Below the pieces are notes generated by a model. That model was not told the origin of the DNA. It made no database searches and was given only the letters and a program-made list of their open reading frames with translations. A stretch of DNA of 61,706 bases, filler included, from Sluysia triapertura (lineage: Eukaryota): the NCBI GenBank assembly GCA_046118255.1. It is 5 parts of 5 records of this genome, joined end to end, with 100 filler letters (N's around TTAATTAATTAA, not from the genome) between each part and the next. Parts side by side here need not be neighbours in the genome. Positions count along the whole stretch, not along the records: positions 11,584 to 23,314 come from JBJNIA010175696.1; positions 23,415 to 36,507 come from JBJNIA010060317.1; 3 more parts are not named here. One strand, given 5' to 3'. This document shows, piece after piece, positions 14,581 to 29,380 of the stretch (positions are counted from its first letter, which is position 1; every line of letters begins with the position of its first letter). The translations under genes and the position numbers were made by a program.

Positions 14581-15249
14581 TTCATTATCTGATATTCCTT
14601 TATTATATAAAACTCAATGTTTATAATATGTTTCTTAATATAATAAAATACATTTTCGAAGATATATTCGATTTTGTTTTTGTTTGAGATCAAAGTTTAA
14701 AATCATTCTTTGTTACGTTTACTATATTATTGTTCTGTAACTGCAACTTATTTAATTTCAATAAATTCGTACAATAAATTTGAGCAATTTAAAAATAAAA
14801 TCATTTTGATCCAACTGAATCTCTTCTAGAATTACTTCCATGTTTGCTTAATTCTAGATAAATGTGGTAATTTCGATAAATGATTTAATTAATCTAAGAT
14901 ACTTTAACGTAAAAAATTTAGAATCCCTTTTTCTTCTATATGTTCTAAATCCGTTGAATCAAGAGCTAGTTATTATATTATATATAATTGTAATATGTAA
15001 TTGAACGAAATAAGTATAAAATCAAAGCATCACATTGAATGTTTTAACATGTAATTTGTAAAGGAAATTGATTTGTTTTAATAATAAAAAATTTGTGAAA
15101 TTATGGAGACAAAGATTCATGAATTTATGTATTTAAATGTTATTTAATATGTTCTTACGATTAAGCAACGAAATATGTTCCCGTACACATGTAATGATGA
15201 AGCAGAATTAGTAATTAAAATCATACATTGTTACAAGATAAATTTAACG

Positions 15250-15255
15250 ATAACG

Positions 15256-15319
<64 letters not shown>

Positions 15320-15350
15320 CCATCACCATCATCATCATCATTATCATCAC
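15250..15350. repeat. (AAT)n-(CAT)n compound microsatellite
   Basis: Read directly; it produces the poly-I and poly-N/H ORFs in the track. Confidence 0.95.
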
Positions 15351-15983
15351 GATATTAATGTTGATGATAGTCATTGCATTATTGTCATTACAATTAAATT
15401 AATATTATCAATTATTTTAGTTTATTATTATTATAATTATTTTTTGGAATATTAAATCGAATGATTTCTTTAACAGTACTTCTTTTGCACTAGATATTAT
15501 TTGTGAGAGACATGTATACTGTGAAGCAAAATGTTATGTGAAGTATATGATGTTGTTATATATAAAATAGATGTGATGTGTTTTATGTGATGTCCTGTAC
15601 TACCACAAACTTAATTAAAAGTAATAATTGGAAATTCTTATTCAAATTTTACTATTTTACTAATGCAAATATCCGTTTTATTTTATTAAATTCATTTTTA
15701 ATGAAACATATTCTTCTAAAAAGAAATATTTTCTAGAACAATAGTTAAATCGATTAATTTTAAATTATTTTCAAGATATTAAACCAAACTAAAAAGTGTA
15801 ATTTTTGAAGATAATTTAATACTTTTGAAAATTATTTTTATTTTTAAATGATAAAATATCGAACTTATCTAAAAATATTTTCTTCGTCTGAGATAGGATT
15901 AATAAATATTTGTATCTGATTTTATTTAACGGTAAACAAAATAAAATATATTATTTTATCATTAAAAATACTAAATTGTTTAC

Positions 15984-16231
15984 CTTTATTAATTGACTTT
16001 GATGAATCTGTAATTTCATTTTGATTGGTTAATTCAATTTTAGTTTGTTGTGCAACTGAATTATCAGTGTTTGGTGCTGTCAAAGTAGTGCCAGCAGTCA
16101 TGACACAATTTGAAGAATTTGATAGGTTGTTTTGATGTTCACCATTATTTGTTATTTTAATATCGGCACATTTTATACATAAAAACGTCAATTTTCGCAT
16201 AGTAACTTTATCACCAGCTTGAAATTGGCAT
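15984..16231 (-). CDS. Internal exon of an actin-binding LIM protein (abLIM/UNC-115-like): second half of a LIM domain plus low-complexity linker
   Basis: Acceptor TTTTAG and donor GTAAAC bound a 248-nt open exon. CQFQAGDKVTMRKLTFLCIKCA matches the abLIM LIM2 pattern F.xGDxVTxxxxxxLCxxC. Confidence 0.62.
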
Positions 16232-17199
16232 CTAAAATTTTAATAACAGAGTTATAATACAAATTAAAAAAAAGATGTATTAATTGGCAAGTTATTTATT
16301 TGAATTTTAAATAATGATTCAATAATAATTCATAATTCATATTTTAACAAACAAATCTATGAACGTTTTTTATTAAAATGATTTATTTTCTTTTTGGAAA
16401 AAGTTTTGACTCATTTTAAAATGTACTTTTACTCTATGCATGACTTTCATTTTTTTTCTTTTCAATTCGAAATTCATATTTTAAATTTGCCAGAATAAGA
16501 TTATTCTGTTTAGTACAATTTTACATAGAGTAATTTTCATTGATTATCAAAGAATTCCCTAATATTTTTGTAAATATTTAATAAAAAGTTATCACAAAAG
16601 ATTTTCATAAAACAGAATACAAAGTATACGATATATTGCATGAAATTACAAAAGAAACATGAATTTCACTTATCTGCTTTCAGTGTATTAATAAAGAAAA
16701 TATAAAATCAGCTAAAAGAAAATGTCAAAGCACTGGAAGGAACCGGCAAGTATACTTTTGTAATTTATTATAAAACTAAATAATATTTTGTAATTAAGTT
16801 AATTACTTTGAAATCTTAATTATGATTTCATTTTTAAATGTATTTAATAATAATAAATGCAATTTTATATTGCTATTTCATTCATAATAATGTTTAGTTT
16901 TTATGATTTTTTAATTAAATAAGTCATATTATAAAACAATTCATTTGTTATATGGAAGATTAGAAATTATAAACATATTGAGAATGGATGACATGAATTC
17001 ACGTTTTTATATTTTTCAACAGTTGGAGCCGGTTAATTCATGCTATTTCTTTGTTATTAACGTTACGAAGAAATGTTGCTATAATCTAACATGTGATGGT
17101 GTGTGCATTATACAGTTGAATAATAAAGAACCGTTATATTCAATTCAGAGTCATATTTAATTTAAAACGTTTGAAAATTTTAGTGAGAATTTTTATTCA

Positions 17200-18908
17200 G
17201 TGAGAAATAAACAGTTCAAAATGGAGAATGAATCTTTTGAATTTATAGAGGAATTTTGTGTAGATGCGTTGTCAGGTGTAGAAAATGATGTCGAAGGTGG
17301 AAATAAGATAAGTGCTAATAATGACAATGATGATTTCGTTGTTAGTGGCTGTAGAAAGAAAAGAAATTCAGATTCCAGTGAACGTGATGAAGATGTGCGA
17401 ATAACTGAAGAAATACGTCGATGGCCTAAGGAAGACAAAATTCCGGTCCTTGAGAAACTCAGAAGTAAAACAAGTTCTTGCGAATCATTCTTCCATTGAT
17501 GAAGTCACAAGTTTATTTTTTGGAAATAATTTTTTGATTGTCGTGAAACTCAAATCGTCATCAAAATGAAAATAAATCGAAAGCAACATGCCAGAACTAT
17601 AAAATAGCTATATATACAAAAAGTGAAAATATTTTTCGCTATTATTATTCTTTTTGGACACTTTTTCAAAACTTATGAATCAGAACAGATTTGAGCAAAT
17701 TTTACAATCACTTCATTTCGATAATAATGAATTACAACATGGTTCCAAATTCGACCCGTAATATCTTATTTTACAAAAAAATTTAAACATATTTATAAAC
17801 CAAACCAAGAAATATGTTTGATGAAGCTATGATTCCATGGCGCGGAAGATTAAGATTTAGGACATAATCCAGGTAAGATTGTGAGGTGGTGTGTGAAAGC
17901 ACTACCGGATATATTGGAAATATTGAAATCTATTCTAGACAGAGGAAACATTTGGATCAAACAATTTTTTTGTATTAGAGCCATATCTTGCACAATGGCA
18001 CCACATGTACCAAGATAATTAAGAAAGTAAGAATAAGTGGATCCAAAATCAGAAGAACTAACATTGAAACGATATGAAAAACATTTAAAGAAATGGTGAG
18101 ATTCTGCTCTTTTCACGGAAGGATAAAAGATTAGTTCATATACTTTCAACAATTCATGAAGCTCGAAATTATACTGTAAAAATTAAGCCTATTTGTATCG
18201 ACAAGTACAATGCTTTCATGAAAGGAGTGAATAGAACAGATCAATATTTATCATATTATTCAATACTCCGTAAAACACTCAAGTGGTCAAATAAGGTTGT
18301 TCACTGTTCAATTCATTAACAGTATGAATTGAATCATCCATCAGGACGATTGTTTGGGAATATGCGACTGTATATTATAGAGAAAATCGTCAACAGTAGG
18401 AAAAAATCCATGTAAGACATGCCATGTTTATAAGGCAAACAACAAGAGGAGCAAAACTCGGTACTTGTTTTCAAGCATGTCACACAAAAATACTAGAAGT
18501 AAAATTATATGTTCTCATAAAATTTAATAATGTATTATACTTAATAAATGTGTTTCGAAATTATCACTTTTAATTTATATAATTTCAACAAAATAAGCAA
18601 GAATTCAGGCTCTACGCTTTTCATCACATACCATTTTCAACTTTTATTTCTTTAAAAATATGAAAAAAGGGACAAAGTATTTGTCATATAGAAATAAATC
18701 TATTTTATTTTTACTTTTAATTTAAATTATGCATTTTTGTTTCGAAAATCATAAACACTACAAATATAAAAATTAATTGTAAATTATAAATATGTTATTA
18801 TTTAATATAATAACCATATTGTATGTAGGTTTTTCCCAATGCCAAGAATTTCTAACAAAAAATGATTATGTAATTGATACGAAATAAATTTATACGGCAT
18901 CGAAAAGG
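17200..18908 (+). mobile_element. Decayed piggyBac (PGBD4-like) transposon
   Basis: Acidic N-terminus; PNQEIC/DEAMIPWRGRLRF..NPGK; KPICIDKYNAFMKGVNRTDQYLSYYSILRKTLKW; C-terminal TCHVYKANNKRSKTRY. Probable right end GGCATCGAAAAGG|TTA at about 18908. Left TIR not found. Confidence 0.85.
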
Positions 18909-20505
18909 TTATATATATATATATATATAATCATAATCAAAATTAATAAGGTACAAAATTATTTTAAAGGAAACATGATGTTGATAATTATTTATTTTAT
19001 TAATTTAAAAAATAATTTATTTCCATGTTAAATAGGTTTCATTAACTGGCAAAAATATAAAAGATTTTCCTTCTAATTCCTTAATTCAATACATCAAATA
19101 AATTATACAACCATACCTAATTTGATTTACATCAAATTTATTCAGTAAATAAGAATACTTTAAGTATTAAGAACAAAATACAAAATATGATAAGCAACAT
19201 TTAAAATTCATTTCAAGTAGAAATAAAATAATACACTAACAATTGAACCAAAATTAAATTAAAATTAATAGACTGGATTCAATAAATATAATTATTTTAT
19301 TCCTCTCAGATGCTATTTTATGAACAATATATTAATTTTTATATATTTACATTTCAACTTAAAAACTTTAACTATTTTTATAACAAAATTGTATCTGGAC
19401 AAATATTTTATTTTAGCTTTGTCTAAGAAAATTGATATAACTGAAGATTACAAAGTAATAAAAAGAAATATATCGATTTTATTAAATTTCTTTTCATTAC
19501 ATTGAAATAAATTTTATAAAGATTTTAAATACGATAATTTTAAAACTGTTTTGGTCACCAAACACATATGTACATAGTGCGTGTATGTATCCGACTTACC
19601 ACAGAAATTATCCTTTAAATATTTCATTTTGCAAATATATTTTAGTGATTAATCATTATTTTATTGTTTTTATAAATCAATTATTATTTAGACAATTTCA
19701 AATTTACAATGAATATAGATACCTATTAAAAGCCTTCTATTATGAAAAGTTTCATATGCCACAAAATTTAACTAGGTATATAATGAGAATATTATATTAT
19801 TGAATTACCTAATTTCAATATAGAAGATTAACCATTTATCGTGAATAAAGACTAAGACAAATCAAAATCAAAAAATTATAAGAGCATATGCAATAAAAAA
19901 TTTAATGGTTTATTATTACTTTATTTAAAATGAGATTTAATTTAGATTTTATTCTTTTTATTCTCGTTTTATGTTTTTCAATAAATTATAACTTTTATAG
20001 AAATTAATCATATCATATGGAAGAAATTTCAAATCTGAATTGAAAGTAGTATCCAGAACTTGCTCTTTTGAAAACACAATTCCCTATCTTTTTGGCAAGA
20101 AAAAAAATAAGTATTCCAATGAAATTTATTCTTAAATTAAAAATGGAAATTGGTTATTTAGACCGCACATAATTTAATTTAATTTTATCAGTTTAATTAA
20201 TTGAATTAATTATTTTACTTAAAAAATACCAATAATTTTCATCAATCGATTTAATATATTATTAATGTTATTTACGAAACAATATTTATAATTGAATAAT
20301 CGATTTAGAATTGATCCAGAATAACGAATTGATTTAATGTTAAATAAAATATTAATTTGAAGTCAGATATTAATACTAATATTTTACACTATTACAATTT
20401 TCAAATTATTTGTAAGTTAATGAAAATATGTAAATTATGTTGAAAGAATTAATGTCACAATGTTCGATGTATGATTGATTTAATATTTGGAAATTTGTAC
20501 AAATT

Positions 20506-20763
20506 ATGTTTCCCGAAAATAAGACCTACTGTGATGTTTCAGGATGACTTTAATTTAAGGCCTATCTTAAAATAAGCCGATTAAGATATCTAATAAAAGT
20601 TAATTAATGACTTGAGACGGCGTTCAATGCATTCTTTAGCATATACTTCTGCATTTAAATTACAATACATTCTGAAATACTTTCATTGTTAAATCATTCT
20701 AGTTCACTTTCTGATTCTGAATGATTTTAACAAAATTCTGATTGTGATTCACTTTCAAACAAT
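20506..20763 (+). mobile_element. Left part of a pogo/Tigger-like non-autonomous element
   Basis: TGTTTCCCGAAAATAAGACC terminus with a second AAAATAAGCC subrepeat; 20655-20763 is homologous to 24168-24270. Confidence 0.55.
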
Positions 20764-21689
20764 CATCTATTTATTGTTTGAATTTATTTTAATTATATTT
20801 AAAAATAAAAATTTATATTTTGCACAGTAGAATTATTAGTTTTAGTTAATTTTATATGTTCATATCTGTTTGTTTACATTAACCTTAACTCAGAGTTTAC
20901 TCTTGTGAGATCGAAATGCAATTAATCATGTTGGGGTGTTCAACACTTATCAGATTTTTTCCTTCTTATCGCATACATACACGCACATACTCAAACATAA
21001 ACTCAAATTCATCTTATCACACGTACATGAAATCATAACAATTACTATATGAGACATAAAATAATAAAATAAAATAAAAAATCTTAACTATATGCAAAAT
21101 CAATAGTACATATTAGGAAGTTAAATAACACGCCACTCGTTTCGTTATTAGTGAAACTGTGTCACTGTCATTGTCCTTTTGTTGTAAGACAGTCATTCCG
21201 ATATTACATGTCGTTGTAAGATTTTAATATGTAGTTTCGAATTTTCACTATTGTTTTTGCCGGGGTTGTGATTTTGGTGTGGGTCGGTGTGATTTCTTTA
21301 TGATTTTATTCTAAATTTGTGTGTTAAAATTTATGTACAAAAATAGACAAACAAGAATGAACAATTTGGGTGTGGTTGGCTTTGTTTATAAAATAAGTGT
21401 AAGAAAAATAAATACACACGAACTCAATTTAAACTTAGTTTCTTTTAGCACAAGTACACACGATATAATTCAGACATACATACTTTGATTATTTATAAGT
21501 ATAATACTATATGTTGATTTGCGTACATTTATGTAAATCATAATCATTGGAGACATCTAATTAATAATTCACATATGGCTCATTTGTGCGAGCGTGTATT
21601 TTTATAATGAAATTTGCTGCAAGCATTTAGTTGCACACCTGTTAAAGAGACTATTATTATTCTCATGAGGTAGTTATTCAATGATGAAT

Positions 21690-22500
21690 GACGTATCACG
21701 CAAAATATGCTACTATGGACACCGAAGACGAAGATAGTATGAATAAAGGTGACAGGTTAGAACCTGAAGATTTTGACGATTTGGATTTACGAATCAATAA
21801 TGATTTTGAAGGTCATAGTTATAATGTGGCTTAAGGTATGAAGAAGTTTTACCGTACAAATGCCGTTAATAATGATTCACCATTGATGAGAATTAATTCC
21901 GACTATGGAATGGTCGATTCAAGCATGTCTATGTACTCTCTGTCAAGTGATGACGATGACCGCGATAAGTTTAACGATATCGATAAGGAAAATGAAGTTG
22001 CATTAGAATACCAAATTTTAAATTGTTGTATAGAATCTATGGACGAACTGGAGCTGAGTGTCAAAGATTACCAGGCTTACATTTCAAAAAAATTGGGAAA
22101 TTTTTAGATTCAAGCGTAAATTTTATTCACATAATGTATCAGTATTTGGTGTACTACCAACTACCAAAGGAGTTCACTAAATGTATTTTTGATAGAAATC
22201 TTCGTTCAAAGCTCATAATTGAAGTCAAGCCAAGTAAAAGAGAGTATTATTCAAACTCTTATTCATTATAAATACGACACAATTAAGAACGAAATACCTT
22301 ATGGTATTCCAGTTATGAATGTGATATATTTTTTGATAAGTTGGTTAAATGTCGGAACTGATTTCTTAATGATTACCTACCTCATTCCAAGCCTAACACG
22401 CGTACCAAATTTAAAAATAACTAAGGAAATTCAAAATCTCTGAAGTGCAAAGTTTTGATCATGTGGACGGCTTGGTCTCATCAGAGCTTGCAATTCGACT
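21690..22500 (+). mobile_element. Decayed gag-like region of an LTR retrotransposon
   Basis: Chain of frameshifted ORFs (21838-22443) ending in KF*SCGRLGLIRAC, a decayed CX2CX4HX4C knuckle. Possible LTR TG..CA at 20929-21573 followed by TATGGCTC; purine tract AAGAGAGGGAA at about 23181. Confidence 0.5.
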
Positions 22501-23314
22501 GGAACTGATTGACGTTATGGTAATATTGTATAACTGTTTCATTATATTAATATTCTTCAGGGAAGGTCAACACAAGGTTTAACAACATTCACTCTAATTA
22601 AAAAGATTTTTCCTGCAAATGTTAACTTTACTATCATAAATTTTGGTGACTACATGTTTAGCTTGATTTTTAATTCTGTTCATTATTATATTAAAAAGTG
22701 CCTTAAGCACAAGTTAAAAACCTTTTCTGAACTTGGCCAAACTCATATTTTCTGCCCTGACTTCACTAAAATAGATACTAAAATAAATCTAGTTTGGCTT
22801 TAGAACACCTATTATTCTTGAAAATTACTTTAATGATTTTAATTATCATTTGAATATTATATTCTATCAAATTTATAACTATAGTATACTTTGTCCAGTG
22901 TTTATACATCAATAAACCTGTTATTATTTTAATGGTTCTGATATAACTTCAATGAATTTATAACTCTTAGAATTTTAATTGTCCTACTTAGTAACTGTAC
23001 AATCAAAATAATATATTCCAACATTTGTATAATATAAGATATTGAATGAAATTTTCAATTAGAACTAAATTTTTTTAGTATTAAACACATTTAATTAAGC
23101 GTTTATAACACATTTGAACACATTTATGATTAATTAAATTTATAATTAGATTTGTATATTTATAATCCATACAACAGATTAAGAGAGGGAATTATAAAAC
23201 ATTTGTTCCAAGATTGTTAATTTTAAAAAAATGAAAAGGTAACATAAATTAAAACAAAATCAAATAAATGAATTACGAAAGAAGAAAATTCAGCAAAAAT
23301 GAAATTACATATAT

Positions 23315-23414
23315 NNNNNNNNNNNNNNNNNNNNNNNNNNNNNNNNNNNNNNNNNNNNTTAATTAATTAANNNNNNNNNNNNNNNNNNNNNNNNNNNNNN
23401 NNNNNNNNNNNNNN
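23315..23414. other. Artificial contig-joining linker
   Basis: 44N-TTAATTAATTAA-44N. Confidence 0.97.
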
Positions 23415-24167
23415 TTTGTAACGATAAAATTTACAACTTTAATTCGAATTTTGAAAAGATATTAATCGTAATAATAATAATAATTCATGATGGTTAAATG
23501 AGATGAAAATGTTTATTTTTTGAATGAGTTTAATAGTTCGTTTAGTAGTTTGTGTATGTGTATATGGTTTTTAAATGATGAGTTGTGTTGGATTTTGTGA
23601 GATGAGTTATAGTGAATGTTTTGTGATGAATTGTGATTGATACCGAATGCCGAGTTCCCTACAATTATATTATTTAAATATTTTTGGTTAACGTAACAAA
23701 GAGTGATCACGATTACTACAAAATTCTTTCGTAACAATAACTTTAAAGAAACACTTTATAGTGATTTCTAAAGGTAAGACACTTAGTATTTAATAATTAC
23801 GTGGGACGTTTCCCACAAAACTATGTTAATAATAATAAAGAAAAATCAAATTTAATAACTGATATTAAATTAAAACAAAATTTATCACTTATCTTATTTT
23901 AATATCATAAAAATTAACAATGAAAAAATTAACAATGAAGCATGGATCTTCATACCATTGTGTCATAGTTGTTATTGTATTGTAAAATTTAGAAATCTTT
24001 ATTTTATACTCTTTCATCATCAAATCAATTCACGACCAAACAGTCTCTCACACAAATCATCCAAAATTCTTTCAGAATCAGACCGACAATAACAGCTTTG
24101 ACAACTTAAGTCGGTGTTCAATTCATTCTTTAACATAAATTTCAGTATTTAAAGCACAATTAGCTTT

Positions 24168-24622
24168 AAATTACAAAGCATTCTCAGATACCTTCATTGT
24201 CAAGGCATACTGGTTCATTTTCTGACTGTGACTGACTATAATTCTGATTGTGATCCACTTTCAGACAATTCTTCAAGTAAGATTTAAATAGAAATTATCA
24301 AAAATTTCTCCTTTGCTGAACAATAAACATGAGAAATTCTTTAAAAAAATGAAATTCACTTAAATGAAAACTCCGCAGAAACTTCGGAATCCAGTGACTT
24401 GCAAGACATTCCAGAGTGTGACGATATGGTTAGTGGTTTTTAAACATAAAACGCGTAATTCATTAGTAAATGTAGATCGGTTTTCATGTATTTTGTATAT
24501 TAAGAAATTTCATAATTCTCTACTTTGTAACTTTGATTTTCGATAGACAAAGGACATCCCAAAAAATAAGACTTAGTATCATATTTTAGAGTGAAAATTA
24601 ATATTTTCGCAGAAACATGGTA
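24168..24622 (+). mobile_element. Right part of the same pogo/Tigger-like family
   Basis: Ends TTTTCGCAGAAACATGG|TA, the reverse complement of the 20506 terminus type. Contains an AAAATAAGAC subrepeat and the shared internal block. Confidence 0.55.
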
Positions 24623-26777
24623 TGTACGGAAAAATTATCTATGGATATAATAAAACAGTGTTTAAAATGGACCACTAAATATTAGTTGACGAAAATCCAA
24701 TTAATACTTAATGTTTATATAAAATAAAACAATTTTAAGCATTTAATTCCAAGTAAACTGAATTACACACGAAATAATACAAAAATATGACTAGACTCAA
24801 AAGGAAATCTTGAATATAAACAATTTGAAAATTCAACAGGAAACTGAATACACAAATTTAAAATACGAATATATAAATAAAGAAATTATTAATAAAAATA
24901 GTCATATAACAATTTCTTAATATTAAATGATCTAATACGATCAGAATAAAAGACAAAAATAATCGATTTACAATACATATAAAAGGCAATATAAATATAA
25001 AGAATGTTTTTGTACTTTACATTTATTTTATTTTTAATAAAACTGTTAATAAATTATGGATCAATATAAAAATTTAAAAATTTAATTTGCATGATGATAT
25101 TAATGATGATAAAAGTAATGTTTTTCGGTTTTACGAATAATTAATAAAAAATGTTAATTATTTTTTATTTCAAAATAAAATAAAAAGACATCACACAAAA
25201 AATATAGATATTAGTAGCCTTTAAATGCAATTTAAATGGCGAAAACTATTAATGTAACTAATGGTGTTTTTATTAAAGTTATAATAACTAAATGCTTAAC
25301 TTACTTTCACAGTATTTAATAGGAATTTTTTTAGAAAGTGTACGTTTCAATTTATATAATTTATTTAGTTTCAGGACCAATGAAATTTAATTTATTAAGC
25401 AATGCAATATAAAGTTACTTTTTATTTTAAAATAATTTATAATTATGTAAATAAATAATTTAAGATTTTGTATTTTGTATAGATATCAGTGAGGGATTTT
25501 ATTCAATACTACTTATATTAACACATTATGAGCAAGCGGGTATTAGTGTCCACTTATGAACTTGGCGAATATTTGTCATCTGAAAAGTATTTTTTAAAAG
25601 TGGGTTAAGGTACTAGTAATTGTTGTCTACTCTTCGGGATATTTAAATAAATACGAATATTATCTTGCCAGCTACGCACTCTAGTAGTTAGGCTACTATG
25701 TTAAGGTTTTAAAACTATTTTCGAAAGAACAAATTTAATTTTATAAATGTGATTGTGAGATCTAGGGCAATAATAATATATCCCAAACTCGGAGCATAAC
25801 TGATATTAGATTGTTTACTAGGTATAAATTTCTTGTCCGTAGTTATGTCATGTGATAGAATCAGTCTCACATTCAAAAAATATTTTGCGCATAAATTATG
25901 AACAAAAAGAGGATGTTTCAGTTAAAGTCGAAGTATATTTTAATATATTCATGGTTGCCATTAGAGCCCTTGACATTCACGTAATATTGATTTAAATGGA
26001 TTAGTTTAACTTAAGTTTCACATCTTTCAGAAATTTATTACGACTATGTCTATTTAACTTTTTCAAAACAATGACATATTAATACAAAATAAACTCGTTT
26101 TATAGTGTTTCATCCTCCATTCAGGACAGAGAAAATAAAGCACAGGTGCATCTTTATTATGTATAATGAATAATGAATTAAATGGTTTACTAATCGCATT
26201 GACATATTACTTATGTTGCAGACATAATGTTTTTGCAAACTTAGTTTTAATCGGGCATTAGTACAATTTTCGGACAGTAAAAGTACAACCTCAATTATTA
26301 TCTTTACTTTTGAATTTTTTTATAATCAGAAGATAAACGAACAGTATCTCTTAAAACTACAATCCAGTTTGAATTTCCTTAATATACGTTGAATTCGAAT
26401 TTTCATCATAAGGATGGTTTGAAACTGTCTAACAAAAAAATATGAACCACAGCAATTTTCAATATCTTTTCTTTCTATTCTGCAAACTGAATAAAGGAAA
26501 AGTGACATATAAGATCTTATTTGAACAAAGTAGTTTTAAAAATAATAAAATTAACATAATAATGATTTCTTTTAAAAGCATATTACTAATTTTTAATAAA
26601 ATAAATTTAATATTCAAAAGATTAAATTTTATCACCATAAAAGAGATGCAAGGTTGAAAGGAACCTATAAATTGTTATGAGGATGTTTTAAAACTTTCGA
26701 ATAATTTTATGATGTAAAAGGAAAAAATGAAAAGTAACATTTATAACATTAAGTTGAAAACAAATGATATAATAATA

Positions 26778-27408
26778 ATCGATTAAATAATCTTTGCAAT
26801 CAGTTGAATAAATTATGTAAAAAAGAATTTAAATTAAAATCAGCTTAAAATATAAAACAAATATAAAACTAAATTAACCGATTTATTCCTATTATAACAT
26901 CTATTCATGTAACCAAGCATTTTTTGGTAAAAAAATCCACAGTGTTTACCACTAATTTCCAGAGTACAACCGGAAAAATGTGGAGGTGATAGAAGATTTA
27001 AACTTACGCTCTAAATGAAAGAGCAAATATTAACAAAAGTGGATCTTGCCTTATATGTGTCTGAAACTTTTGGTATGGTTTACCATACATTAAACTGATT
27101 GATTTAGTAGAATAACCTTCAAATGTTTTTTGGATTGTTTTTTCCCTCTCATCAGCTGAAACTGTAATTTTTCTTATGCTCGGTGTAATAATGGTTGAAA
27201 AGTTTAGTGTTGCCTTATGGATGGTGGTTTTTTTTCGGAGTTTACATTGTTGTTATGTGGAAATAACATGTATTGTCTACTTTATAAATTTTTTTAACGA
27301 TGTTTTTATTTTTTAAGGTTAATTTATTTAATTTAAATTCTTTTCTACATAATTTATTTAAGTGGTAGCAAAGATTATTTAATTATTGCAAAGATAATTT
27401 AATTGATC
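26778..27408. repeat. Imperfect inverted repeat of about 80 bp around a 440-bp core (MITE/foldback-like)
   Basis: 26782-26859 aligns with the reverse complement of 27301-27384 (AAATAATCTTTGC...AATAAATTATGTA.AAAAGAATTTAAATTAAA). Confidence 0.7.
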
Positions 27409-28260
27409 CAAAAATCCTAAAAAATTTAATACTACTATTTTTATTAAGTGATGTAATTACTATCTTTAGCAATCTTGTCATTTTTATTTTTACTAACTTC
27501 TTAACTTCTTTTCTCATAGCATTATAATCAATTGAGCAATCGCCGATGAAGGCAGTTTTTTAATTGTTTGAAATTAGACTAAGTTCAAAATATTGATTTA
27601 TGCTTATTAGATTTTTACTATTCAAAAGTAAAAATTAATGAAAAAATTACTTATATATTCAAAGCATTATTTGATGTTAAAAGTTTTATAAATATTATTG
27701 TATTGAATTTTAAATTAAATATATGAAATATGATTTGAAATATATGTTACACTAGAAAAGTTTGTTAAGATCGTTATAAAAGGGATTTGTTAAGTTTAAT
27801 TTAGAAATTTCTTTATAAACTTTATTACATACAAAATTAATCAAATAAAAACAAAATTTTATTGCCAATATATACATATATATATACTTTGTAATGAATT
27901 AGCAATCATAGGTCAATATTTTTATCTGAGAATGAATATGTACCACTCATTAAAATTTATTTCTGTATCGTTTAAAAATTTACTATTGATTATCTTTTTC
28001 GATTACACTTGTTTTTAATTTTTTTGACTATTCTTGTTATTGCATATGTCTAAACCGTAATTATAAATTATAAATTATACTGAATTTTGTGCATCTCTAT
28101 TTTTAACTTTTTTGTTTGACCTTTTATTGTGATGCCTTTTTAATTCGCTAGCTTTGTGAGTAGAAATTTGATAATAATTATGATGACATTGATTGGATAT
28201 CCAATCAAAATAAGAATTAATGTAGGTATAACAGTAAAATAGACTAACATACCAAAACAA

Positions 28261-28326
28261 CTGTCATAAGTCGACAGTTAACAAGATAGGCTGAATGATT
28301 TAAATTAAACTGTCGACTGGTGACAG
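28261..28326. repeat. 19-bp inverted repeat hairpin
   Basis: CTGTCATAAGTCGACAGTT ... AACTGTCGACTGGTGACAG, 17/19 complementary. Confidence 0.85.
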
Positions 28327-29234
28327 ACTATGGAATGAAAATGATAATTAAGTGTTAGCTATTGAATGCTAATGATACTGTAAATGAAGATAATAATGAT
28401 AATAATAAGTAATAATAATGTTAATAAAAATGACTAAAATAATAATAAAAATGGAGATAAAAATAATAATAATAATGATTTTAGTATTAATAATAAATAA
28501 AGTAAAATAATAATAATAATGATTAAAATTTCCGCTTAAACACTTTTAAATTCCTTCCTTACATGATCTTTTTGTGATATTTACATACAATGTAGTTTAC
28601 AATGTACAATGTATAATGTACAATGTGTTATGATAATGTGTGTCGGTCGAATTTTATTACATTATATTTATGATATTTTTAACTGCAATATTAATATTGA
28701 ACATTATAATTAATCGATTTTTTTATTGATCTATGTTTTATCAATTTATTAATTTTTTGGATTTTTATTTTTATTTAAAAGGTAATTTGTATTGTTTGTT
28801 AATAAAATAATTAAAATAATTTCTTGAAAACGATTTTGTTTTTATTCCTGTTCTAGATCAATAAGAGCACTATATATATGCATCAGTTTCACAACAAAAA
28901 CAAAGTAAAAAAGTTGATTTTTATAACCTTAGCACAACGTTTAGAGCTGACATTTGAATTCACTTTTGAAGGCATAAATTTTTTGTTTCAAACATCTTCC
29001 GATTCAATTGACACAATCATTTTATATTAACTGGACGTTAGTTTATTTATTTAAGGTTGATAAGTTAGTATCTCACTAAAACTAAACGTAAAATCGCTTT
29101 CTAATAACATTTTGAACTGCTTAATGGTGTTGGGATTGCCCAACTGTGGATCTGAAGACGAATGAAAACATAAAATAATAAAATGAAATAAATACTGATA
29201 CAGAATGATGAATTGAACATGATAAACATCGTTG

Positions 29235-29380
29235 AAATAAGAATTTTGAAAGTAAAAACATCTATTATAATTTTAACAGCTAAAGAATACCTTGACATTC
29301 CAAAGCCTATATAAGGTGTTGAGACATTGTGGAAGCTTGAAAAGGACTTGGAAAACCTTTGAAGTCATTAGAGTACCTTT
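29235..29380 (+). repeat. Dispersed repeat, homologous to 41075-41225 (minus strand)
   Basis: Shared AAAACATCTAT..TTTTA...CTAAAGAA.ACCTT.A.ATTCCAAAG block. Confidence 0.65.

Noticed and set aside
15175-15455. Poly-Ile and poly-Asn/His ORFs
   Set aside because: They are translations of an (AAT)n/(CAT)n microsatellite.
22460-22486. Hammerhead-like CTGATGA-GAC-CAAGCC-GTC on the minus strand
   Set aside because: It is followed by CACA rather than the required GAAA, stems I and III are absent, and it overlaps the gag knuckle relic.
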